Shown: positions 17,530-26,199 of the stretch, in pieces | How positions within the stretch are numbered: the stretch's first letter is position 1 | Layout: every line of letters begins with the position of its first letter | Source of the DNA: Flavobacteriales bacterium | GTDB taxonomy: Bacteria > Bacteroidota > Bacteroidia > Flavobacteriales_D > JAUILH01 | NCBI GenBank assembly: GCA_964230215.1 | Contig: CAXRGQ010000014.1 | Coordinates: forward strand, 222,669 to 286,668 | Length of the DNA stretch: 64,000 nt | Direction of reading: 5' to 3' | Notes under the pieces: generated by a model | Told to the model about the DNA's origin: nothing | Databases searched by the model: none | The model's input: the letters and a program-made list of their open reading frames with translations, nothing else | Program-made: the position numbers and the translations under genes

Positions 17530-17647
17530 GATTAATAGTATGTATTTCAGTTTAAACAGTTGTTATTTGTTTATCACCAATCTTTCGGTTTTTAAAGTCA
17601 ATCCGTTTGACATGATCTTAACTACGTATAAGCCTGTATTGAGGTTA
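17464..17647 (-). repeat. 184-nt conserved duplication block, copy A
   Basis: See 16419-16602. This copy covers the 5' end of the 309-aa gene and the genuine 3' end of the 677-aa gene. Confidence 0.85.
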
Positions 17648-19596
17648 CTCAAATCAAACTCATTAATTTGGTAGCCCTTAAGAATTTGTGCACTATACAC
17701 CTGCTTTCCTGTTACATCAAAAATAAGTAATTGACTAGCCCGTTCCAATTCAGATTCTATGGTGAAAATACCAGAATTGGGGTTCGGATATAGCGCAATT
17801 TCTGCTTGTTTTGTGGTATTAGGTTCTGAGAATGTCATAGACCTCATGTTCCCCTGTCCATCACAACCATAGAAAAGCCCCAACATAGCCTGTGCCGAAT
17901 ATACTCCGGGGCCATATTCAGTAGCATCTAAACAAGCAATAAACTCTAGGTCAGCCTGTTGTTGCGGTGTGAAGGTGTAGATACTATCTGTAAATGTAAC
18001 GGCATATATATCCATTACTTGTTTCAAGTAATCTTCTTGCATATTGTCTGGAACAATAGACGCATTAATGCTGGCAGCCAGTGCTGTATTATTGGTGTTA
18101 AAAGCATCTACCATATCACACAATTTTTCCGTATTGCTACCAGAAAACGAATTGTAATACTGTTGATAATCGGCATCATCGCTAGAGCCTAAATTCATCC
18201 ATGTATTGTCAGTTCTAAACATGGCATACAATACTCTACGATCCCACTCTCTTAGTGCCCCACTATACTGACCATATACTTTGGTGTCATCCTTAATTGG
18301 TGCAAATAAAAGGTTTCGTTTGTCTTGCCCAGGCGCTACATGCCCACCCGGATTGGTGCCAACACCAGCACAATTGGAGGCTGAATTATTGCCCAACTGA
18401 ACAGGGTTAAAGCCAGAATTATCTAATCCAGTAGAAGGCTGAGGGTTATAAGTATTCTGTGGTTTATGATGGATATTGGTTGGTGTTGCCATCAATCCAT
18501 CACTTCTATCAGTTCCCTGATGACTTTGCCACTTATTATCCCATGTTAAACCGTTAGGGAAACCGAAAGTACCTACTGGTAAACCCTGTTGGCTAATATC
18601 GGCAGAATTAAAGTTCATTCCAGTCCAATTCTTCCACATTGTATTACATTGTATCGCACTAAAAAGGCACGACCCACTATATTGTATTCCTCGTCCCATA
18701 CGTTGAAGCAAGTTGTTATACGTTGGTGTAAATCGCGAGTTTTCAACTTGAATTCCATATAAATTGTCTTCAATTGCAGATGTAGCATTCCCAATTAGCT
18801 TTGTTACTTGGTTAGCAGAGATTGTAGTTCCAAGACTGTTAACAACACGAATTCCAGTATAAAGTGTCTGTGCGATATCAGAGTTGGATTTCTGAATTCT
18901 AATGATGTTACCATTAATATCAGTCAATGGATTACTTCCAACAAAAACGCCCAACTCGCAATTTTTTATTCGATTGATTGAAACATTAGAAATATTGTTG
19001 TTTCCAAGGTTCAATGGGACTACATTTTGTATTGCAATGCCAGTAAGTAGCCCAGCCTGAGATGGGCTGTAATTCCAATTGATATTGTTGTTGTTGATGT
19101 TGACTGTAGTGGCACTATTGTCCAAACAATAAAAGCCAATAAATCCTGAGCTAGACTGGATATCATTACCTACAATATTTATTAATCCGCTAGTGTTTTG
19201 TCTAGCTAAGATTCCATTTCGTACGATATTTGTAAACATGTTTTCTCTCGCATCCAGGTTCATGTTTCTGTCAACGAGTATTCCTATGTCACAGTTGTCA
19301 AATAGGTTTTCTTGATTAGGACCTGTGCTGCCAACGGTTAACCCAAAGGTGTTAATTGCAGCACCGACACCTAGAACACCTATGTTTCTATTGGAGTTTG
19401 GGCTAGGTGCCCCAGTTAAGTCTTTAAATTCCGCGTTATATATAGTTGCATTAGTTTGATTTGCTAGGATACCAACACCTTGTCTAATAAACTCGTTAGT
19501 ATAATTTGGCTGTGCATCATCACCAATGGTAATGAATGGAACCCCCCGCTGCCGCGAGTTTGTAACTCGTGGTATTTTTACCTTATACCTAACCAT
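17563..19596 (-). CDS. Right-handed beta-helix repeat protein with T9SS type-A CTD; no recognisable signal peptide (possibly 5'-truncated)
   Basis: 677 aa with Asn/Gly-rich repeats (NIVRNGILARQN, NNNISNVSINRIKNCELGVFVG, NLYGIQVENS). The C-terminal tail is LYPNPNSGIFTIES...GLYVVKI...RLVINK. The N-terminus MVRYKVKIPRVTNSRQRG is hydrophilic, and an in-frame TAG lies 6 codons upstream of the ATG. Confidence 0.7.
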   Translation of the reverse strand: MVRYKVKIPRVTNSRQRGVPFITIGDDAQPNYTNEFIRQGVGILANQTNATIYNAEFKDLTGAPSPNSNRNIGVLGVGAAINTFGLTVGSTGPNQENLFDNCDIGILVDRNMNLDARENMFTNIVRNGILARQNTSGLINIVGNDIQSSSGFIGFYCLDNSATTVNINNNNINWNYSPSQAGLLTGIAIQNVVPLNLGNNNISNVSINRIKNCELGVFVGSNPLTDINGNIIRIQKSNSDIAQTLYTGIRVVNSLGTTISANQVTKLIGNATSAIEDNLYGIQVENSRFTPTYNNLLQRMGRGIQYSGSCLFSAIQCNTMWKNWTGMNFNSADISQQGLPVGTFGFPNGLTWDNKWQSHQGTDRSDGLMATPTNIHHKPQNTYNPQPSTGLDNSGFNPVQLGNNSASNCAGVGTNPGGHVAPGQDKRNLLFAPIKDDTKVYGQYSGALREWDRRVLYAMFRTDNTWMNLGSSDDADYQQYYNSFSGSNTEKLCDMVDAFNTNNTALAASINASIVPDNMQEDYLKQVMDIYAVTFTDSIYTFTPQQQADLEFIACLDATEYGPGVYSAQAMLGLFYGCDGQGNMRSMTFSEPNTTKQAEIALYPNPNSGIFTIESELERASQLLIFDVTGKQVYSAQILKGYQINEFDLSNLNTGLYVVKIMSNGLTLKTERLVINK

Positions 19597-19652
19597 GGTA
19601 CTATTAACAACCTAACACACTAATATACAACACAATTTCCAACTCTAAGAAC

Positions 19653-19683
19653 AAAAAAGTCCGCCCCACAAACGGAGACGGAC
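19653..19683 (-). terminator. Rho-independent terminator after htrA
   Basis: The minus strand reads GTCCGTCTCCGTTTGTGGGGCGGAC, a hairpin followed by TTTTTTG. Confidence 0.65.
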
Positions 19684-19710
19684 TCAACTTAAATTATTTA
19701 GTTATGCTAG

Positions 19711-21180
19711 TTAGAGGTTAAGAGCAAAATAGTATTTCATTCCATTAGGATAAATCCCCTCTACCAATACGCCTCCTTTTCTGTCCTTTAACATGTCTAC
19801 CAAGTCTTGCGGCGTTTCCACCTTCTTTGAATCAATCTTGGTAATAATAAAACTCTCTCTTATACCAGCTGTTCTGAGTTTACCCGATCCAAGTTGGGTG
19901 ATTTTAACACCATTTTCCAACTTAAGTGCTTTCATCTCACGAGCGGTAATCTTCTTAAATGTACCTCCAAGCACACTCATCAATTCAGATTTAGATTTCT
20001 CTACCACCTCCGTATTGCCTTCAAGGTTTTTAAGCGTCAGTTTCATAACCTTCTCTCTGTTATCACGCTTGAGTGTAACCGCCACCTCATCACCAGGTCT
20101 AAAGCGGCCAATTTGTTCTTGAAGCTCAGGTACATTGTGCACATCTACCGCACCAATTTTGGTAATGATATCACCTTCCTTAACGCCCCCTGTCTCTGCA
20201 GCACCTCCAGCAATTACTCTTGCAACGTAAACACCTTGCACATCATTAATGTCTAATTGGTTCGCTAGTTCTTGGTTTAAATCGCGAATGTTAGCTCCAA
20301 TAAAAGCTCTTTGTACTTGACCAAATTCCATCAAGTCTTTGGTTACCTTCTTCATGATGTTTACCGGCACTGCAAATGAGTAACCCGAATAAGATCCAGT
20401 TCTTGAAGCAATCGCTGTATTTATACCTACTAATTCGCCTCTAGCGTTTACCAATGCACCACCCGAGTTACCTGGGTTAACGGCTGCATCCGTCTGGATG
20501 AACGATTCTATTGGGAATATCTCCTTATCGGGATCGTATTGCAGAATGTTTATGCTTCTTGCTTTCGCGCTAACAATTCCAGCAGTCACGGTACTCGTTA
20601 AGTTAAATGGATTACCTACGGCTAAAACCCATTCACCTATTTTTACCTCATCACTATCACCTAATTTTACGGTAGGTAAGTTTTTGCTTTCTATTTTTAA
20701 TAGTGCTAAATCGGTAGCTGGATCGGCTCCAATAAGTTTTGCCGTATAGCCGCGTTTATCGTTTAATGTTACTTCAATCTTGTCCGCACCATTAATCACG
20801 TGATTGTTGGTTACGATATAACCGTCATCTGTAATGATAACGCCAGAACCGGACGCTTTTTGTTTACCATAGCCTGGTCCATAGAAGTATTCATAAAACG
20901 GGTCTTTGCTGTAATTACTTTCGTAAGTGGTTGTGATGTGGACAACTCCATGCACCGTTTCTTCTGATGCTAGGGTAAAATCTTTGGCAGATTCTGGTGC
21001 GCCATCTAAAATAACTTGTCTTACCGGAACGGCATTAGGCTCGCTCTGCACCTCTACAATCTTAGTTTCTGTTTTTCCTTCGCCATTGGCTGGCAGCATA
21101 AAGTAAGCACCCACCATGGCTATTGCGCCTCCACATAGTCCTGCCGCAACTAAACCTATCCATTTTCTATTATCTCTCAT
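19711..21180 (-). CDS. htrA: HtrA/DegP/DegQ-family periplasmic serine protease with two PDZ domains
   Basis: Catalytic contexts are VTNNHVI (His), DLALLKI (Asp) and GNSGGALVN (Ser). It has an N-terminal membrane/signal segment and two PDZ-like C-terminal modules. Confidence 0.92.
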   Translation of the reverse strand: MRDNRKWIGLVAAGLCGGAIAMVGAYFMLPANGEGKTETKIVEVQSEPNAVPVRQVILDGAPESAKDFTLASEETVHGVVHITTTYESNYSKDPFYEYFYGPGYGKQKASGSGVIITDDGYIVTNNHVINGADKIEVTLNDKRGYTAKLIGADPATDLALLKIESKNLPTVKLGDSDEVKIGEWVLAVGNPFNLTSTVTAGIVSAKARSINILQYDPDKEIFPIESFIQTDAAVNPGNSGGALVNARGELVGINTAIASRTGSYSGYSFAVPVNIMKKVTKDLMEFGQVQRAFIGANIRDLNQELANQLDINDVQGVYVARVIAGGAAETGGVKEGDIITKIGAVDVHNVPELQEQIGRFRPGDEVAVTLKRDNREKVMKLTLKNLEGNTEVVEKSKSELMSVLGGTFKKITAREMKALKLENGVKITQLGSGKLRTAGIRESFIITKIDSKKVETPQDLVDMLKDRKGGVLVEGIYPNGMKYYFALNL

Positions 21181-21316
21181 GTGCTTTTATTGTTTGTGTT
21201 TGTTTCCTTTTGAATCTTAATAAGTAACGCTTTCGTGTCAATAATGTTTCTGCTTCCGTGTTAAAATTTGTTAAGGATTATAGTACATTTGCTAGGTAAA
21301 ATAGACTAACAAAGAC

Positions 21317-21943
21317 TTGACTACTAAGGTATTAATATTTTTCAATTTTTCGGTGCTTATGGCTGCCGGAATTTTGTCCTGCGGAGAGGATGTTTCTGAG
21401 GATGAAAGCGAGATTTCACAAGACGAAACGGCGCCCGAGAATACGGTGCAAATCAAAGCTACACCCAAAGCGCAATTACCTGCAGTCAAGGATACTGTTT
21501 TGGCCGATACGGCGCTTGTTAATGATAAGCTTGCTGTGGTCACCGTTGGAGATTCGATTGAGGTGGATAGTCTTGAAATAGATTCTCTTAACCTTGATAT
21601 TGATGAACCTGAAATCCGAGTAGCTAAAGACGAATTAATTCAGAGCTATAGATTGAAGGCGAAGGTCGAGAAAGGCAAAAAAGATATCGCGGATACACTG
21701 GCGCAACATTTAGATATTGATGAGGGCTTTAGTGAGTACTATCAGCTAGAACTATGGCAGTCTCCATTGGGCTACGAAGGCTATCGCTGTAGCGGTAATC
21801 GCATCCTTATTTACGGCATGGATAGTGTCGAGCGTTTCTCCATCAAAATTCTGGATGAGCAATTGTTATTACTTGCCGATAAGCGTACCTTTGTTATAGA
21901 TAGAAATGCAGATTTTAGTCCATTAAAACCTTATACTAAATGA
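21317..21943 (+). CDS. Lipoprotein of unknown function
   Basis: The TTG start gives MTTKVLIFFNFSVLMAAGILSCGED, a lipobox. An acidic N-terminal region follows. The gene is ATGA-coupled to dapF. Confidence 0.55.
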   Translation: MTTKVLIFFNFSVLMAAGILSCGEDVSEDESEISQDETAPENTVQIKATPKAQLPAVKDTVLADTALVNDKLAVVTVGDSIEVDSLEIDSLNLDIDEPEIRVAKDELIQSYRLKAKVEKGKKDIADTLAQHLDIDEGFSEYYQLELWQSPLGYEGYRCSGNRILIYGMDSVERFSIKILDEQLLLLADKRTFVIDRNADFSPLKPYTK

Positions 21944-22707
21944 CAATCGAGTTTTACAAATACCAGGGTACAGGAAATGATTTTGTAATCATTGATAATC
22001 GTCGGTCTTTTTTCAAAAAGGATATAGAGACGATCAAATTCTTGTGCGACAGAAAGTTTGGTGTAGGAAGTGACGGTTTGATTTGTATTGAGAAGGATGG
22101 GGAGACCGATTTTTATATGGATTTCTACAATCCAGATGGTTCTCAAAGTTTCTGCGGAAACGGGAGCAGGTGTGCAGTAGCGTTTGCTGTGCATACGGGA
22201 ATTGTAGGTTCAACTTGCACATTTAGAGCTATTGATGGCATCCATCACGCTGAGTTTAATAATGGCATGGTGAGTTTGGGTATGGGAGATGTAGATGCTG
22301 TGGAGAAAGGTGATGCCTACATGTTTATCAATACTGGGTCACCACATTATATTCAGGAGTTTGAAAATGTTGATGCCTTGGATATGCTAGCATTCGGAAA
22401 AGAAATTCGATATTCAGATAAATACAAAGCAGAGGGCACGAATGTAAATGCCGTTCAGAAAATTCAAGACGGTATTAAAATGAGAACCTACGAGCGTGGT
22501 GTTGAAAACGAGACGTTGTCGTGTGGAACTGGTGTCACTGCAGCTGCTTTATCCGCTATTGCTAAAGGATGGTATCAAGATCAGCTTAAAGTAGAAACAC
22601 TGGGTGGTACCTTAGAAGTAAAAGCCGATTATAAGCAAGGTAGCTTTAAGAATGTTGTGCTTAGCGGTCCTGCGAAATTTGTGTTCAAAGGAGAGATTGA
22701 TGTCTAA
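21940..22707 (+). CDS. dapF: Diaminopimelate epimerase
   Basis: YQGTGNDFVIIDN is present, along with both catalytic Cys contexts SFCGNGSRC and LSCGTGVTA. Confidence 0.93.
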   Translation: MTIEFYKYQGTGNDFVIIDNRRSFFKKDIETIKFLCDRKFGVGSDGLICIEKDGETDFYMDFYNPDGSQSFCGNGSRCAVAFAVHTGIVGSTCTFRAIDGIHHAEFNNGMVSLGMGDVDAVEKGDAYMFINTGSPHYIQEFENVDALDMLAFGKEIRYSDKYKAEGTNVNAVQKIQDGIKMRTYERGVENETLSCGTGVTAAALSAIAKGWYQDQLKVETLGGTLEVKADYKQGSFKNVVLSGPAKFVFKGEIDV

Positions 22708-23206
22708 ACTATCCGCCGGACCTATACATGAATTGAGTTTGCCAGATCTCCGCTCGGGTGTATGGATAGTATTAATTGATGCGGATAAAATTCCTCCACA
22801 TTTGATGCTGATTGAGCAAGGTGTGTGTCATTCGCTTGAATACGACGGTTACAAGACCTATACGCCCTCTGCCTTATTCAAAATATTTACTACAAAAAAG
22901 AAAGCGGTGCTTGCGGCGAAAGTGCAGTATGATAGTCTAAATGCAGCCTCCTTCTTTTCGTCCTACGAAAACACTTCTGGTTTTACCTGTTTATATCCCA
23001 TAAAAGATTGTATTCAGAGTAAAGGTTTGGATGTTTCGGGTGTTAACTTCATATTCGAACTGCTTCCTCAATTGGATAAGAAAAATGGGATAACCTTATA
23101 TAAAGGTCTTAACTTGGTCTTAGAAAATGAGCGATTCACCTATCAAACCTACACACGTGAAGAGATAGATCGCAGAATTGAGAATTTGAAAAAACAAGAT
23201 GCTTAG
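22700..23206 (+). CDS. Hypothetical cytoplasmic protein (168 aa) wedged between dapF and a GNAT gene
   Basis: ATG 22700 overlaps the dapF stop by 8 nt, and its own stop overlaps the GNAT start by 8 nt. No domain is recognised. It shows a His-before-Cys pattern (PPHLMLI...CHSLEYDG...GFTCLYPIKDC). Confidence 0.55.
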   Translation: MSKLSAGPIHELSLPDLRSGVWIVLIDADKIPPHLMLIEQGVCHSLEYDGYKTYTPSALFKIFTTKKKAVLAAKVQYDSLNAASFFSSYENTSGFTCLYPIKDCIQSKGLDVSGVNFIFELLPQLDKKNGITLYKGLNLVLENERFTYQTYTREEIDRRIENLKKQDA

Positions 23207-23714
23207 AGGAAATGACATATACCTACGTCCGGTTGAGCCAGAGGATGCTGAACTTTTGTACCAATGGGAGAATTCACCCGAACTGTGGAAGGTAAGTCAG
23301 ACGCTTAAGCCTTATTCATTGCACGTCCTCAAACAATTTGCTGCATCAACACAAGACATTCACGAGCATAAGCAGATACGATTCATCATCTGTAATAATG
23401 ATGATAAAGCGATTGGTACAATAGATTTCTTTGAGTACGATCCAGAGCATGCGCGTGCTGGAATAGGTATCCTAATCGCTGATAAAAGTGAACGCAGAAA
23501 AGGCTATGCTCGTCAAGCACTGGAGCTAAGTCATCATTACGCATTTGAACATTTATTATTAAATAACTTATTTTGCAATATTCAATCAGACAATGAAGCC
23601 AGCTTATCTTTGTTCGAATCTCTAGGATATATAGCTATTGGTTGTAAGAAAAATTGGAATAAAACAAGCAAAGGTTGGCAAGATGAGTGGATGTATCAAA
23701 AACAGAAAGCATAA
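23199..23714 (+). CDS. GNAT-family N-acetyltransferase (RimJ/RimL / spermidine-acetyltransferase-like)
   Basis: 171 aa with the acetyl-CoA motif RRKGYARQALEL, and YLRPVEPEDAELLYQWEN at the N-terminus. Confidence 0.8.
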   Translation: MLRGNDIYLRPVEPEDAELLYQWENSPELWKVSQTLKPYSLHVLKQFAASTQDIHEHKQIRFIICNNDDKAIGTIDFFEYDPEHARAGIGILIADKSERRKGYARQALELSHHYAFEHLLLNNLFCNIQSDNEASLSLFESLGYIAIGCKKNWNKTSKGWQDEWMYQKQKA

Positions 23715-23717
23715 GGA

Positions 23718-24788
23718 ATGGCAGGTAAAATGATGAGAAGGGGTGTGTTGCTTGGGTTGCTGGCTCTTATTGGAGTGGGTGGTTACTACATATATCCTAT
23801 CATCAAAGCTAAATTGTATGCCGAGAATGTGAACATCATGGCCATAGGTGAGGACGAGAAAGCGCCTGTGTTTATTCCAACTGGGAGTACCATGGAAGAT
23901 GTAGCCAATCTCTTGGAAAAAGAAGGCATCATTAACGACAAGGATATTTTCAAATCCAACGCTGCTAAAATGAATTACGACGGTGGTAATGTCGTGCCTG
24001 GTTTTTATATGGTAGAGGGGAAATGGAATGTCAAGAAGCTAATTCAGGAATTGCGGATAGGTAGGGGTCGCCAAGAGGTAAGTTTTAGAACGGATGATGT
24101 GTGGACAATTGAACAAGCCATAGGAAAGATGACTAAGACACTCGAACTGGACTCTGCCACCTATGTGAACTACGTATTATCTGATGAGGTGCTGGATAAA
24201 TATGGCATGAGTAAGGCGAGCATCATCACATTGTTCTATGCCAACAAATATCAATGCGATTGGGCGATAAGTGCTGAGGAACTTACTGAATTAATGGCAA
24301 GTAAGTACCGAGTATTCTGGACGGCTGACAGAAAAGCAAAAGCAAAAGAGATAGGTTTGAGTCAAACAGACGCTACTACCTTGGCATCTATTGTTTATCG
24401 CGAATGTGGTAATAAACTCAGTAATGAGTGGAGCACTGTGGCCGGACTCTATATGAATAGAATCAAAAAAGGCATGAAGCTACAAGCCGATCCAACGGTA
24501 AAGTATGCCAATGGATTGTTTGATATCAACCGAGTATATAACAAGCATTTAAAGATTGAGCATCCTTATAACACCTATCATATTACTGGATTGCCTCCTG
24601 GACCAATATCAACGGTAAAAGAAGCAGTGATTGATGCCGTATTGAATTACGAAAAACATAACTATATATTTATGTGCGCGAAACCTGGTGGTTACTCTGC
24701 CGGGCATAATTTTGCAGCTACCTCAGCTGAGCACAGCAGAAACAGAAACGCCTACATTGCATGGCAAAACGCAAACAATATTAAATAA
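23718..24788 (+). CDS. mltG: Endolytic murein transglycosylase MltG (YceG-like)
   Basis: An N-terminal TM anchor is followed by ASIVYRECG and the signature YNTYHITGLPPGPIS. Confidence 0.88.
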   Translation: MAGKMMRRGVLLGLLALIGVGGYYIYPIIKAKLYAENVNIMAIGEDEKAPVFIPTGSTMEDVANLLEKEGIINDKDIFKSNAAKMNYDGGNVVPGFYMVEGKWNVKKLIQELRIGRGRQEVSFRTDDVWTIEQAIGKMTKTLELDSATYVNYVLSDEVLDKYGMSKASIITLFYANKYQCDWAISAEELTELMASKYRVFWTADRKAKAKEIGLSQTDATTLASIVYRECGNKLSNEWSTVAGLYMNRIKKGMKLQADPTVKYANGLFDINRVYNKHLKIEHPYNTYHITGLPPGPISTVKEAVIDAVLNYEKHNYIFMCAKPGGYSAGHNFAATSAEHSRNRNAYIAWQNANNIK

Positions 24789-26194
24789 TGTCTAAGATAA
24801 AATTCGGAACAGATGGCTGGCGCGCCATCATAGCAAAGGAGTACACGGTAGAGAATGTACGCAGAGTGAGTGAAGCAACGGCTAAATGGACCAAGGCTAA
24901 TTATGACAATCCTAGCATTGTAATTGGCCACGATTGCAGATTTGCTGGAGAATTGTTCGCAGAAACAGCTACTAAAGTTTTCTGCAGCATGGGAATTAAA
25001 GTAAAACTTTCGAAAGACTTTGTATCTACTCCAATGGTTGCATTAGGCGTGGTGAATTACAAAGCGTCTATCGGAGTGGTAATCACTGCATCTCACAACC
25101 CACCTTCTTACAATGGTTATAAATTGAAAGGACATTATGGCGGTCCACTTACACCAGATAAGGTGCAGGAAATTGAAGACATTATTGAGGACAAAAGCAC
25201 CATAGATACGGAGAGTCTTAGTCTACAAGATTACGAGGACAGTGGCATGTTGGAGTATGTAGATTTGGAGACTATGTACGTGGATCATGCTAAAGCCAAT
25301 TTTGATATTGATGCGATTAAGAATTCAGGTTTAAACTTGGCGTATGACGCTATGTACGGTGCTGGTCAGAATGTTCTAAAGAGATTACTGCCTGATATGG
25401 ATTTTTTGCATTGTGACTATAACCCATCATTCATGGGGCAGGCACCAGAGCCAATCGATAAAAACTTACAAGAATTCTCAAAGTTTATAAAAGATAAAGG
25501 CACTATCCATTGTGGATTAGCTACGGATGGTGATGCCGATAGAATTGGTTTGTACAACTCTAAAGGTGAGTTTGTTGATTCGCACCATATCATTTTACTT
25601 CTACTTCACTACATGAAGAAGTACAAGGGAATGGATGGAAAGGTGTGTGATGCGCATTCGTGCACGCCGAGAATTAAAGACATGGCCGATCATTATGGCC
25701 TTGAGCATGAAACAGTAAAAATTGGCTTTAAATACATTTGCGGCATCATGCTTCAAGAGGATGTGTTAATCGGAGGTGAAGAATCTGGAGGTATTGCGGT
25801 GAAGGGTCATATTCCAGAGCGCGATGGTATTTGGATGGGACTCATCATATGGGAGTTCATGGCAAAATCTGGTAAAACGTTGGAAGAGTTGATTGATGAG
25901 GTGTACGAGATTGTGGGCGCTTTTAAATTCGAAAGAAACGATTTACACATTGCAGAAGATTTAAAGCAGTCCATTGTGCAGAAGTGTAAAGACGGTGCTT
26001 TTGATGCTTTCGGTGATTACAAAGTGAATAAGATTACTACTATCGACGGCTGGAAGTATTACTTTGACAATGGAGAGTGGCTAATGATTCGCCCTTCTGG
26101 AACCGAACCAGTATTAAGAACGTATGCTGAGGGACAAACGCTTGAAGATGCTAGGAATATCCTAGATGCGTGCAAACAAACTATAGGTGCATAA
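24788..26194 (+). CDS. Alpha-D-phosphohexomutase (phosphoglucomutase/phosphomannomutase family)
   Basis: FGTDGWRA is present, along with the active-site loop TASHNPPSYNGYK, the metal loop ATDGDADR and GEESGG. It is TAATG-coupled to mltG. Confidence 0.9.
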   Translation: MSKIKFGTDGWRAIIAKEYTVENVRRVSEATAKWTKANYDNPSIVIGHDCRFAGELFAETATKVFCSMGIKVKLSKDFVSTPMVALGVVNYKASIGVVITASHNPPSYNGYKLKGHYGGPLTPDKVQEIEDIIEDKSTIDTESLSLQDYEDSGMLEYVDLETMYVDHAKANFDIDAIKNSGLNLAYDAMYGAGQNVLKRLLPDMDFLHCDYNPSFMGQAPEPIDKNLQEFSKFIKDKGTIHCGLATDGDADRIGLYNSKGEFVDSHHIILLLLHYMKKYKGMDGKVCDAHSCTPRIKDMADHYGLEHETVKIGFKYICGIMLQEDVLIGGEESGGIAVKGHIPERDGIWMGLIIWEFMAKSGKTLEELIDEVYEIVGAFKFERNDLHIAEDLKQSIVQKCKDGAFDAFGDYKVNKITTIDGWKYYFDNGEWLMIRPSGTEPVLRTYAEGQTLEDARNILDACKQTIGA

Positions 26195-26199
26195 TCCGA

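Noticed and set aside
19793-20256. Two overlapping plus-strand ORFs (109 and 120 aa) inside htrA
   Set aside because: They are antisense shadows of the HtrA protease gene and show no motifs.
21292-21543. 83-aa minus-strand ORF opposite the 21317-21943 lipoprotein gene
   Set aside because: It is Ser/Thr/Ala low complexity. The plus-strand ORF has a lipobox and is ATGA-coupled to dapF.
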